Notes: generated from the sequence alone by a model not told the origin. A DNA stretch of 64,000 nucleotides from an uncultured Prolixibacteraceae bacterium (GCA_964449285.1 CAYUZX010000004.1:1070-65069); one strand, 5' to 3'. Counted from the stretch's first letter, positions 36,731-44,756 are shown. Program-made: numbers and translations.

Positions 36731-36790
36731 TCTTACGTCTTACGTCTCACGTCTTACGTCTTACGTCTCACGTCTTACGTCTTACGTCTT
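36731..36790. repeat. Heptamer tandem array TCTTACG/TCTCACG x8.6 with 21-nt higher-order period
   Basis: (tcttacg tcttacg tctcacg) x2 followed by tcttacg tcttacg tctt; overlaps the 3' end of nuoB. Confidence 0.97.
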
Positions 36791-37322
36791 TTTTGGCGAT
36801 AGTCTCCAACTTGATTTTACGCTGAAGCTGCATCACGCCATACAGGAGCGCTTCAGGGCGGGGCGGGCAGCCAGGAATATAAACATCTACCGGGATGACA
36901 TGGTCAACTCCACGTATCACATGATAAGTGTTGTAGAAGAAGGGACCTCCAGAAACAGCGCAGGCTCCCATGGCGATGACATACTTGGGTTCCGACATCT
37001 GGTCGTAGAGACGCTTCAAAACAGGGGCCATTTTGTTAACGATTGTTCCTGCTACCACAATCACATCAGCCTGACGAGGTGATGCGCGATAGACCTCAAT
37101 GCCAAAACGGGCAAAATCGTGCCGCGAAGCTCCTGTTGCCATCATCTCGATCCCGCAACAACTCGTGGCAAAGGTCAGCGGCCAAATGGAGTTGGACCGC
37201 CCCCAGTCGATGATGCCATCAATGGTGGTGAGCATCACATTTCCTCCGGTTTTCTCGAACAACTCAAGAGTTTCGTTGTCCTGAAAATCGGAATACTTCA
37301 TGTTTTTAATCTTTACTCCCAT
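36768..37322 (-). CDS. nuoB: NADH-quinone oxidoreductase subunit B
   Basis: I trimmed the start to the ATG at 37322 ([11 protein letters not shown]...). Motifs [17 protein letters not shown] and GCPPRP. The final codons (DVRRKT) and the stop lie in the TCTTACG heptamer array. Confidence 0.9.
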   Translation of the reverse strand: MGVKIKNMKYSDFQDNETLELFEKTGGNVMLTTIDGIIDWGRSNSIWPLTFATSCCGIEMMATGASRHDFARFGIEVYRASPRQADVIVVAGTIVNKMAPVLKRLYDQMSEPKYVIAMGACAVSGGPFFYNTYHVIRGVDHVIPVDVYIPGCPPRPEALLYGVMQLQRKIKLETIAKKDVRRKT

Positions 37323-37663
37323 TTCAGCGCTCCTTTCTTCCAGGCGTACAACAGGCCCAAACCTAATACAAAGAAAAAGATGACAATCTCGATGAAACCA
37401 GTTATTCCTGCCGATTTCATCACCACCGCCCAGGGGTAGATGAAGACCGTTTCCACATCGAAGATCAGGAAGATGATTGCAAATAGATAATACCCCACGT
37501 TGAACTGAAGCCATGTCAGTCCCTCGGTGGGAATCCCGCATTCATAGGCTTCTGCTTTCTGAGGATTGGTTGAGGTGGGAGGGACAATGCTTGAGAATAG
37601 CACGGCTATACCTACAAGAAAAGCTCCCACGATGAAGAAGAGAATCAGACTTTCAGCACTCAT
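37313..37663 (-). CDS. nuoA: NADH-quinone oxidoreductase subunit A
   Basis: 116 aa; 3 TM; motif YECGI...FLIFDVE. Confidence 0.93.
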   Translation of the reverse strand: MSAESLILFFIVGAFLVGIAVLFSSIVPPTSTNPQKAEAYECGIPTEGLTWLQFNVGYYLFAIIFLIFDVETVFIYPWAVVMKSAGITGFIEIVIFFFVLGLGLLYAWKKGALKWE

Positions 37664-37689
37664 ATCGTTAATCGATTAACAAACAGGCG

Positions 37690-37697
37690 CAAATATA
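37690..37697 (-). promoter_or_regulatory. -7 box TATATTTG upstream of nuoA
   Basis: Matches TAnnTTTG on the minus strand, 27 nt upstream of the start at 37663. Confidence 0.45.
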
Positions 37698-37821
37698 AAA
37701 ATATTCTGATTTACGAAAGAGCATGATATCCAATATTATATATGTAATATCATTAATCAATTGAAAGAGTGACAAGTAATCCTATGGGCTTGATAAATAT
37801 CAGGGAGGGGGGTGATAAATG

Positions 37822-37861
37822 TCAATGCATCAATGCAGGAATGAAGGAATGCAGGAATATA
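37822..37861. repeat. Octamer tandem array TCAATGCA/GGAATGCA x5
   Basis: tcaatgca tcaatgca ggaatgaa ggaatgca ggaatata; ends 3 nt before the SNF2 helicase stop codon. Confidence 0.9.
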
Positions 37862-37864
37862 TTA

Positions 37865-40800
37865 TTACCCCAACCTGAAAATCTCTTTCAACTCATGGTT
37901 CGAGAGTTCCCCGATCCACTTTTCTCCGGAAGTCACGGTGAGGCTGGCCAGCTCTTTTTTAGATTTTAACATGTCGTCTATCTTTTCCTCAAAAGTGCCC
38001 ATGGTCAGCAGACGGTTGACCATTACGTTTTTGGTTTGGCCAATGCGGTAAGCGCGGTCGGTGGCCTGAGCTTCCACGGCCGGATTCCACCATAGGTCGT
38101 GATGGATCACATGACTGGCAGCCGTGAGGTTCAATCCTGTTCCTCCGGCTTTGAGCGATAGGATGAAAATCCAGCGGTTGCGATGGGTTTGAAACTCCTC
38201 TACCAGGCTGTCACGTTGTTTCCTCAGGATGCCTCCATGCAGAAACAGCGGTGCTGTTCCAAACCGGTCGCCAATCATCTTCACAAGGATATCGCCCATC
38301 TCTTTGTACTGGGTAAATATCAGGGTCTTCTCCCCCGAATCATGAATCTGTGCCAGGAGTTCTATCAGCAATTTCGACTTTCCGGAAAGGGAAGGGTCGG
38401 CTTTCCCTTTTTTCAAGTAATTATCGGGATGATTGCAGATCTGCTTCAGGGCTGTGATCATCTTGAGTACCAATCCCCTTCGTTGAATGCCCTCTACCTG
38501 CTCAATATCCTCCATCACACGATCCAGCACATTCTGGTACAGGGCCGCCTGTTCATTGATTAATGAACAGTAGTGATTATTCTCGATCTTATCCGGAAGG
38601 TCTGAGATGATAGTCTTATCGGTTTTCAGCCTTCTCAGGATAAACGGCGCAGTGATCTTGCGGAATAATTCAGCTTTTTCCTTATTGTGATACAATCCTA
38701 TGGGCGTGGCAAATTCCTGTTCAAACGTCTTTGCCGGACCCAGGTATCCGGGATTGACGAAATCCATTATGCTCCAGTATTCCGACAACCGGTTTTCGAC
38801 TGGCGTGCCACTCATGGCGATACGAACGGCTGCTTTGAGACTCTTAACCGATTTGGTTTGGTCGGTTCCCGCATTTTTAATGTTCTGGGCCTCATCAATC
38901 ACGACGGCATGCCACCTCTTTTTCTTGAATTTTTCCCGGTCACTCCGGATCATGCCATAGGTAGTGATTACAAGGTCCAGGTTCTTCGTCTCCAGAGTTC
39001 TTCCTGCGCCATGATAGATGACGGCTTTCAGCGAAGGGGCAAATTTTTCGATCTCTTTCATCCAGTTGGTCAACAGGGTGGTGGGTACAATGACAAGATT
39101 ACAAGATTTCTTCAACAGACCTTCTTTCTTAAATTTCAGTAGCGCGGCAATTACCTGCACGGTTTTGCCGAGACCCATATCATCGGCAATCAGGCTTCCA
39201 AAACCAATGGAGGAGTTTTGGGCCATCCACCGGTAACCGTTAAGCTGATAAGGCCTCAGTGAAGCTGTCAGCTCTTCGGGTAAAGCGATCCTGTTTGAAG
39301 GAGTCAAACGAGAGATCAGTTTTCGAACATCGGGTGTCAACGCCACTTTGGCGCCACGATACTCTTCCGACAGAGCTGATTTCAGCAACTCCTGCGAAGT
39401 CAGTTTCGCTGGATTTTCCAGGTCGTTAAACAATTTCTGAAGTCCGTTTTCGGTAATCAGGACATACTGATCCTTGATTTTAACGATGCCGGACAGGCGG
39501 CGAACCAGTTCCCTGAACTCCTCTGCCGGCATCAGTGTATCTCCCAACGCCACCTGATATTCAAATCCGAGCATCTGTTCCAAGTTGAGGAACGAGACCG
39601 ATTTCCCTCTGGAAGTAAGCGACAACCGGAGGCTTGGTTTCGGAGAGATCAGCTTTTCCAGCGATTTTGGCATCATAACCTCAATGCCCAATAACCGTAG
39701 CATTGGAATGATACGAACAAACACATCAGTAAATTCAATGCTGTTGAATTGGATGGGCTGTTTTCCTTTTGTCTGGATATACAAACTGATATCCGCTAAA
39801 ATATCTGTGAGTCCGCTTATATCCCGTAACAGGTCGAACCGGATCTCTTTGTAATCATCGTTGGTTAGCAACTTGTTCAGAGAAATAGGAGGTTCAAGCC
39901 TGGCCTCCTGGTTAACGACAAGAAAATCAAGGTAGAACCAGTTATCGCGATCCTCTATCCGGAGAACAGGAATCCATTGTTTCCTGGCTAAATGCAATCG
40001 TTTTAACCAAAGTTGGATGGTATTGGGAATCTCTTTGTCAGAAAGTCCGTCGAAGAGAGCTGGTTTTTTCCGAAAAAAGAGTTCGACGATCCGGTTCCCT
40101 TGCCGGTCCATAAACCGGTCAGCACAAGCAAAGGCATCCATGTAAAAGGTGATGAACAGGGAGGTAAGCATCATGGAATTTTCCCCTTCCTTGACCGGAT
40201 AATATTGCTCCTTCTTCTTCTCCTTTTGCCAGATCCAGATGGTACCCGGATTGGCGAATGGTTGAATGGCAGAGGTGAGTTCCCGGAGCAAACCATCGTT
40301 CATAGCAGGGATCCACCGAACAATCATCTCGCCTTTTTCGTTTGTCATTAGCTGGGGTATGATAGCTCCCCTGGCTGCCAGTGCCACGGCAAACTGCCGG
40401 TGAAGAGCAATTCCCTGCAAGGCATCGTTGCATAGGTATAATCTGGCTGGTTCTATGTGTTCAAGTAACAGAACCAAATCGCTGAATGTGATTCGTTCTT
40501 CCTTTTCTTCATCTCCGTCCTCCGTGGTGAACACCACATCTTCCACCTTCAAATCAACATCCAACAGGATCATGGTATCCTCAAAAAAATCGGCATGTTC
40601 CAGAAATGATTCAACTCTCCCGGGCACCACTTCCGGTGCGGGATTTCGCATGGAGCCAGACAAACTTTTATACGCCGAATGAAGGATGGCACGAAAGTCT
40701 CTTGGAAAAAACAGGGGTTTTGGGGTGAGAAGAGCAAGGATGGAATCTGCTTGTTCGGTTATTTCAGAGAAATCCGGGAGATTGGATATCCCGAAACCAG

Positions 40801-41473
40801 ATGTCAAATCAGTCTCCGGAACCTCCTCAACAATCATCTCCTTCACTCCGGGTATCTCTTCCCGGGCATATTGTTCCACTTTGAATCCTGTGTTTTTCAG
40901 TTCTTCAATCAGGTTTAACCCATGTAACTGAAAAATCAGGAAGGGATTGGCATCAATTTCATTTGCCAGCAAATAGATTACGGCAGCAAGGTGTTTGCAG
41001 GGGACGGCCCAGTCAGGACAGGAGCACTCCATCTTCAGATCTTTCCAGGTGGATGGAAACAAACTGATTTCCTGATCTTTGGCGATCCGGTGTAATTCCT
41101 GGGGTAACTGCCTGTTCAACAGCTGAGAGATCAAAAACGCGTTATTTTGTATTTCACCAAGAAGCTTATCTTTTTGAGCCTTTGTGAAAGGAGGGACTTC
41201 AACAGAGATATCGTATGGATATCTCCTGCTCCCTTGGACCTCGGCTTCAACCCGGTTTTTCCGGATCCGGATATCTTTCACTGAACCATTCCCGGCATAG
41301 GCCCGGCCGCGGGGCAGGCGGTTGTCAAAATCGATGTGGGTCAGGGCATTTAACCATTGCTCTCCCCACCAGGTTTGTCCGTACTTCATCCGTTGCCCAG
41401 GTTTCCGTTCGGCTTTCTTTCCGGCCTTCTTTTTCGGTTTTCTCCCTCTGGGATAACTGTATTCGTAATACAT
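37865..41473 (-). CDS. SNF2-family helicase with N-terminal SWIM zinc finger
   Basis: 1202 aa; SWIM motif CSCPDWAVPCKHLAAV; SNF2 motifs I LADDMGLGKT, II VVIDEAQNIKN, III SGTPVENR; helicase-C motifs LSLKAGGTGLNL and QATDRAYRIGQ. Confidence 0.92.
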   Translation of the reverse strand: MYYEYSYPRGRKPKKKAGKKAERKPGQRMKYGQTWWGEQWLNALTHIDFDNRLPRGRAYAGNGSVKDIRIRKNRVEAEVQGSRRYPYDISVEVPPFTKAQKDKLLGEIQNNAFLISQLLNRQLPQELHRIAKDQEISLFPSTWKDLKMECSCPDWAVPCKHLAAVIYLLANEIDANPFLIFQLHGLNLIEELKNTGFKVEQYAREEIPGVKEMIVEEVPETDLTSGFGISNLPDFSEITEQADSILALLTPKPLFFPRDFRAILHSAYKSLSGSMRNPAPEVVPGRVESFLEHADFFEDTMILLDVDLKVEDVVFTTEDGDEEKEERITFSDLVLLLEHIEPARLYLCNDALQGIALHRQFAVALAARGAIIPQLMTNEKGEMIVRWIPAMNDGLLRELTSAIQPFANPGTIWIWQKEKKKEQYYPVKEGENSMMLTSLFITFYMDAFACADRFMDRQGNRIVELFFRKKPALFDGLSDKEIPNTIQLWLKRLHLARKQWIPVLRIEDRDNWFYLDFLVVNQEARLEPPISLNKLLTNDDYKEIRFDLLRDISGLTDILADISLYIQTKGKQPIQFNSIEFTDVFVRIIPMLRLLGIEVMMPKSLEKLISPKPSLRLSLTSRGKSVSFLNLEQMLGFEYQVALGDTLMPAEEFRELVRRLSGIVKIKDQYVLITENGLQKLFNDLENPAKLTSQELLKSALSEEYRGAKVALTPDVRKLISRLTPSNRIALPEELTASLRPYQLNGYRWMAQNSSIGFGSLIADDMGLGKTVQVIAALLKFKKEGLLKKSCNLVIVPTTLLTNWMKEIEKFAPSLKAVIYHGAGRTLETKNLDLVITTYGMIRSDREKFKKKRWHAVVIDEAQNIKNAGTDQTKSVKSLKAAVRIAMSGTPVENRLSEYWSIMDFVNPGYLGPAKTFEQEFATPIGLYHNKEKAELFRKITAPFILRRLKTDKTIISDLPDKIENNHYCSLINEQAALYQNVLDRVMEDIEQVEGIQRRGLVLKMITALKQICNHPDNYLKKGKADPSLSGKSKLLIELLAQIHDSGEKTLIFTQYKEMGDILVKMIGDRFGTAPLFLHGGILRKQRDSLVEEFQTHRNRWIFILSLKAGGTGLNLTAASHVIHHDLWWNPAVEAQATDRAYRIGQTKNVMVNRLLTMGTFEEKIDDMLKSKKELASLTVTSGEKWIGELSNHELKEIFRLG

Positions 41474-41547
41474 GTTTACCCGATATTAGATGGCAAGTTT
41501 AATGAAAAACAAATTGATCCCTACAACTTGTTTGTAACCAGGTAAAA

Positions 41548-42091
41548 ATGGTGATATCTTTGAGTCGAAGAATAAACGCATCTTCCATGCACGATCCCCG
41601 CATCGATACGTACATCTCCTCTTCATCACTCTTTGCCAAACCTATTCTGGCCCACCTCCGGCAACTGATTCACAAAGCCTGTCCCGACATTGAAGAGACC
41701 ATAAAATGGGGTTTTTCCCATTTCGTTTATAAGGGTGTGTTTGTAAGCATGGCCGCCTTTAAAGAACATTGTGCTTTCAGTTTCTGGAAGGCGAAATTGT
41801 TGACCGATCCGCACAAATTGTTTCAGGAAAGGGAGGAAAAGGCGATGGGCCATTTCGGCAAGATCCGTTCTTTATCAGATTTGCCTGCTGCAGATCCCCG
41901 CACACCTTGCAAAGGTTTTATCTATTAACTCAAAAGCATCGGAGACATTTGAAAAATTCAGTTATTCTCACCGGAAAGAGTATGTGATGTGGATAACCAA
42001 AGCCAAAACCGAGGCAACCAGGAATAAACGAATTAAAACGGCAAACGAATGGATGTCAGAGGGGAAACTCCGAAACTGGAAATACGCTTGA
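41548..42091 (+). pseudogene. DUF1801 / YdeI-family gene disrupted by a frameshifting internal deletion
   Basis: The N-terminal DUF1801-like part (41548 frame) stops at 41926-41928. The conserved YdeI C-terminus (IPAHLAKVLSINSKASETFEKFSYSHRKEYVMWITKAKTEATRNKRIKTANEWMSEGKLRNWKYA) continues in another frame to the TGA at 42089-42091. Confidence 0.6.
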
Positions 42092-42093
42092 AG

Positions 42094-42157
42094 TCAATGC
42101 AGGAATGTAGGAATGCAGGAATGTAGGAATGCAGGAATGTAGGAATGCAGGAATTAT
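42094..42157. repeat. Octamer tandem array GGAATGTA/GGAATGCA x8 with 16-nt higher-order period
   Basis: tcaatgca followed by (ggaatgta ggaatgca) x3 and ggaattat; lies between the YdeI-frame stop (42091) and the four-helix-bundle gene stop (42154). Confidence 0.97.
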
Positions 42158-42507
42158 TTTGTTTGGGAGGAGGTCTTTAGGATTGTGAATAATATTCGTA
42201 TGACTTCATCGCAGACACTTATTGCGGTATCAGCCTTTTCTTTAGAAAGATAACCGGTCTCACATAGCAGGGTAAGCCAGAAATCTGTTTCCCTGGCCTC
42301 TTTATAGGCGATAGACATCCGGTGCTGAAAGTCCCTTTTTGATTGTCCCGCTACCCCTTCATAGATATTTGCACCCACTGATGTTCCAGCCCTAAGTAAT
42401 TGTTTAGAAAGGATGTATTCTTTTTTTCCCCGGCTTAGATACTGATACAAAAAGACAATTTCCTTAGCTAAGATCAGACTTTTCGTTCTGATAACATTTT
42501 CTTTCAT
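42154..42507 (-). CDS. Four-helix-bundle protein (23S rRNA intervening-sequence protein / Avd-like family)
   Basis: 117 aa; family-typical pattern LRAGTSVGANIYEG...SKRDFQHRMSIAYKEARETDFWL. Confidence 0.85.
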   Translation of the reverse strand: MKENVIRTKSLILAKEIVFLYQYLSRGKKEYILSKQLLRAGTSVGANIYEGVAGQSKRDFQHRMSIAYKEARETDFWLTLLCETGYLSKEKADTAISVCDEVIRILFTILKTSSQTK

Positions 42508-42559
42508 GGTCGATTGATGTTAAAATTTTCCCATTAATCCGAAAAAAAGGGAAAAGTAA

Positions 42560-42567
42560 TACCTTTG
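42560..42567 (+). promoter_or_regulatory. -7 box TACCTTTG upstream of the DUF3109 gene
   Basis: Matches TAnnTTTG, 42 nt upstream of the start at 42609. The inverted octamer array lies between the box and the ATG. Confidence 0.35.
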
Positions 42568-42581
42568 TTTAAAACTTTTTA

Positions 42582-42602
42582 AATTCCTACATTCCTGCAT
42601 TA
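42582..42602. repeat. Inverted copy of the GGAATGYA octamer array (~2.6 units)
   Basis: aattcctacattcctgcatta is the reverse complement of taatgcaggaatgtaggaatt; lies on the other side of the four-helix-bundle gene. Confidence 0.9.
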
Positions 42603-42608
42603 AAAACC

Positions 42609-43172
42609 ATGATTCTCCTCGACAACACCTTGATCTCCGACGACCTGAAAGATGTGTTCTTCTGTTGTGATATGGAAAAATGCAAAGGGTCCTGTTGCGT
42701 GGAAGGTGATGCCGGGGCCCCACTTGAGGAGGAGGAGATCTCACTTCTCGATGACTACCTGGATGAGATCAAGCCATTTATGACCCTGGAAGGAATCGAT
42801 GAGATAGAGCGGGGAGGTGTATTTGACTATGATGCTGAGGGTAAATTTGTGACGCCACTTATCGAAGGAATGGAGTGTGCCTATATATTTTTTAATAACG
42901 GCATTGCCCGGTGTGCTATTGAAGAGGCCTTTCAGCAGAAAAAAATTCCTTTCCCAAAACCACTTTCCTGTCACTTATATCCACTCCGGATCTCCTCTAT
43001 TGGCAATGAGGATGCTATCAATTACCACAAATGGTACATCTGCGATAAAGCCCTGGAAAAGGGCCATCGCAACAAAATACCCCTCTATCTCTTTTTACAG
43101 GATGCCCTGATAAGGAAATATGGCCTAAACTGGTATGAGCAGTTGGTCAGGTTGCTGAGCCGCTCGGTGTAG
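42609..43172 (+). CDS. DUF3109-family Cys-rich protein
   Basis: 187 aa; N-terminal FFCCDMEKCKGSCCVEGDAGAPL motif. Confidence 0.75.
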   Translation: MILLDNTLISDDLKDVFFCCDMEKCKGSCCVEGDAGAPLEEEEISLLDDYLDEIKPFMTLEGIDEIERGGVFDYDAEGKFVTPLIEGMECAYIFFNNGIARCAIEEAFQQKKIPFPKPLSCHLYPLRISSIGNEDAINYHKWYICDKALEKGHRNKIPLYLFLQDALIRKYGLNWYEQLVRLLSRSV

Positions 43173-43680
43173 TCAGCGACAGAGCCTTGGCTTTGGCAGC
43201 AGCAGCCAGCTCTTTGTCGATATGAAACAGACCGCCTTTTTCGGTGCCGGCAAGGTGGATCTGGTCAAGGATGCTTCGGGCTGTTTTCTCCTCCTCAATT
43301 TGCTCATTGATATACCACTGAAGATAGTTGGCGCTCGTAAAATCCTTCTCCTTCAAACAACTTGCATAAAGGTCGTTGATTGATGCCGAAATGAATTCCT
43401 CATGCTTCAGCACCTGTTGGAACACATCCAGCAAAGATTTGAACTTGGCGGGTGGCGCTTCAAGCGAGGCAACCATGGTGTCTCCGCCCCTATCGTTGAG
43501 GTAATGGACGAGCTTGAGCATATGAAGCCTCTCTTCCTCTGTTTGTTTGTATAACCAATCCGATGCACCGGGATATCCGTTCCGTTCGCACCAGGAGGCC
43601 ATGGAAAGGTAGATTCGGGAAGAGTGCTCTTCCTTTTTGATCTGCTCGTTCAGTGCTTTTTCAACGTTCTTATTGATCAT
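43147..43680 (-). CDS. ftnA: Non-heme ferritin
   Basis: 177 aa; ferroxidase-centre pattern EEHSSRIYLSMASW ... EEERLHMLKL ... QWYINEQIEEE. Confidence 0.9.
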   Translation of the reverse strand: MINKNVEKALNEQIKKEEHSSRIYLSMASWCERNGYPGASDWLYKQTEEERLHMLKLVHYLNDRGGDTMVASLEAPPAKFKSLLDVFQQVLKHEEFISASINDLYASCLKEKDFTSANYLQWYINEQIEEEKTARSILDQIHLAGTEKGGLFHIDKELAAAAKAKALSLTTPSGSAT

Positions 43681-43721
43681 GATATGCCATTTTTAAAATT
43701 TATTACAAAGATCGTAAAAAA

Positions 43722-43756
43722 ACGTAAGAAGTAAGACGTGAGATGTGAGACGTAAG
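43722..43756. repeat. Heptamer tandem array ACGTAAG/ACGTGAG x5
   Basis: acgtaag aagtaag acgtgag atgtgag acgtaag, in the ferritin-atpG spacer; complement of the TCTTACG family. Confidence 0.9.
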
Positions 43757-43780
43757 AAAAGAAATGTCTTCCGCCTAAAA

Positions 43781-43817
43781 TCGTAATTCGTAATTCGTAA
43801 TTCGTAATTCGTAATTG
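43781..43817. repeat. Heptamer tandem array TCGTAAT x5.3 (perfect)
   Basis: Five perfect tcgtaat units, ending 8 nt before the atpG stop. Confidence 0.97.
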
Positions 43818-43825
43818 AAAAGGGG

Positions 43826-44716
43826 TTACCCTTTCAGCGCTTCCGCACCTGAAACAATCTCTATGATTTCCCGTGTGATCTGGTTCTGGCGGGCTTTGTT
43901 GTAAGAGATCCTGAGATCCTTCAGCAATTGCCGGGCGTTTTCTGTCGCCTGGTGCATAGCCGTCATTCTGGCGCCCATTTCAGCAGCATAGGAATCCAGC
44001 ATCGCTTTGAAAAGCTGGATCCTGAGGGTTTTAGGAATCAGTTCGTGTAAGATAGTCTCTTTGTCAGGCTCAAAGATATAGTCGGCCTCTACCTTCTTCA
44101 GGTTGGCTTTAACCTGAGTCTCATCCGGAACCAGTGGCAGGTACTGCTCAACCATTTGGCGTTGAACAGCTGCATTTTTAAACTGATTATATATCAATTC
44201 AATCCGGTCGAACTTTTTGTCGGTAAAAAGCTGCATCAATAACCGGGCTTTTCGGGCAACTGTTTCAAAGGTGAGGGCATCATAGATTTCATCCCAAAAT
44301 TCAATCACCTGGTAGTTCCGCTTCCTGAAGAAATCGGTCGCCTTTTTCCCGACGGTTATCAGGTCCACTTCATGATTTCTGTCTTGGGCTCCATAGGTGT
44401 TGTGGATCCTGTCGGCTGCCAGTTTGATGATGTTGGAGTTGAAAGCGCCACACAGTCCACGGTTGGAGGTGAATACAACCAGCAGAATCCGTTTGGGTTT
44501 TCGAACCTCCGTAAAACTACTTTCATTCGAATCTTCCGCGCTGGCACTCAGGTTTTGCATAATCTTCCGCAATTTGGCAGCATACGGTCTGAGCTTCAGG
44601 ATGGCGTTTTGAGCCCTTCTGAGCTTGGAAGCCGCCACCATCTTCATGGCACTGGTTATCTGTTCGGTCGATTTAACCGATGCAATCCTGATTCGTACTT
44701 CCTTTAATCCAGCCAT
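43826..44716 (-). CDS. atpG: F1 ATP synthase gamma subunit
   Basis: 296 aa; MAGLKEVRIRIASVKSTEQITSAMKMVAASKLRRAQ N-terminus and ITREIIEIVSGAEAL C-terminus. Confidence 0.95.
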   Translation of the reverse strand: MAGLKEVRIRIASVKSTEQITSAMKMVAASKLRRAQNAILKLRPYAAKLRKIMQNLSASAEDSNESSFTEVRKPKRILLVVFTSNRGLCGAFNSNIIKLAADRIHNTYGAQDRNHEVDLITVGKKATDFFRKRNYQVIEFWDEIYDALTFETVARKARLLMQLFTDKKFDRIELIYNQFKNAAVQRQMVEQYLPLVPDETQVKANLKKVEADYIFEPDKETILHELIPKTLRIQLFKAMLDSYAAEMGARMTAMHQATENARQLLKDLRISYNKARQNQITREIIEIVSGAEALKG

Positions 44717-44721
44717 CTTTT

Positions 44722-44756
44722 CGAATTACGAACTACGAATGATGAATTACGAATTG
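44722..44756. repeat. Heptamer tandem array CGAATTA x5 (degenerate)
   Basis: cgaatta cgaacta cgaatga tgaatta cgaattg; begins 5 nt upstream of the atpG start codon. Confidence 0.9.

Noticed and set aside
37323-37541. N-terminal 73 codons of the 257-aa ORF-track version of nuoB
   Set aside because: This stretch overlaps nuoA in another frame and does not resemble NuoB. The conserved NuoB sequence begins at the ATG at 37322.
42154-42507. Four-helix-bundle gene as part of a diversity-generating retroelement
   Set aside because: There is no reverse transcriptase gene and no template/variable repeat pair anywhere in the 64 kb. I treat it as a stand-alone family member.
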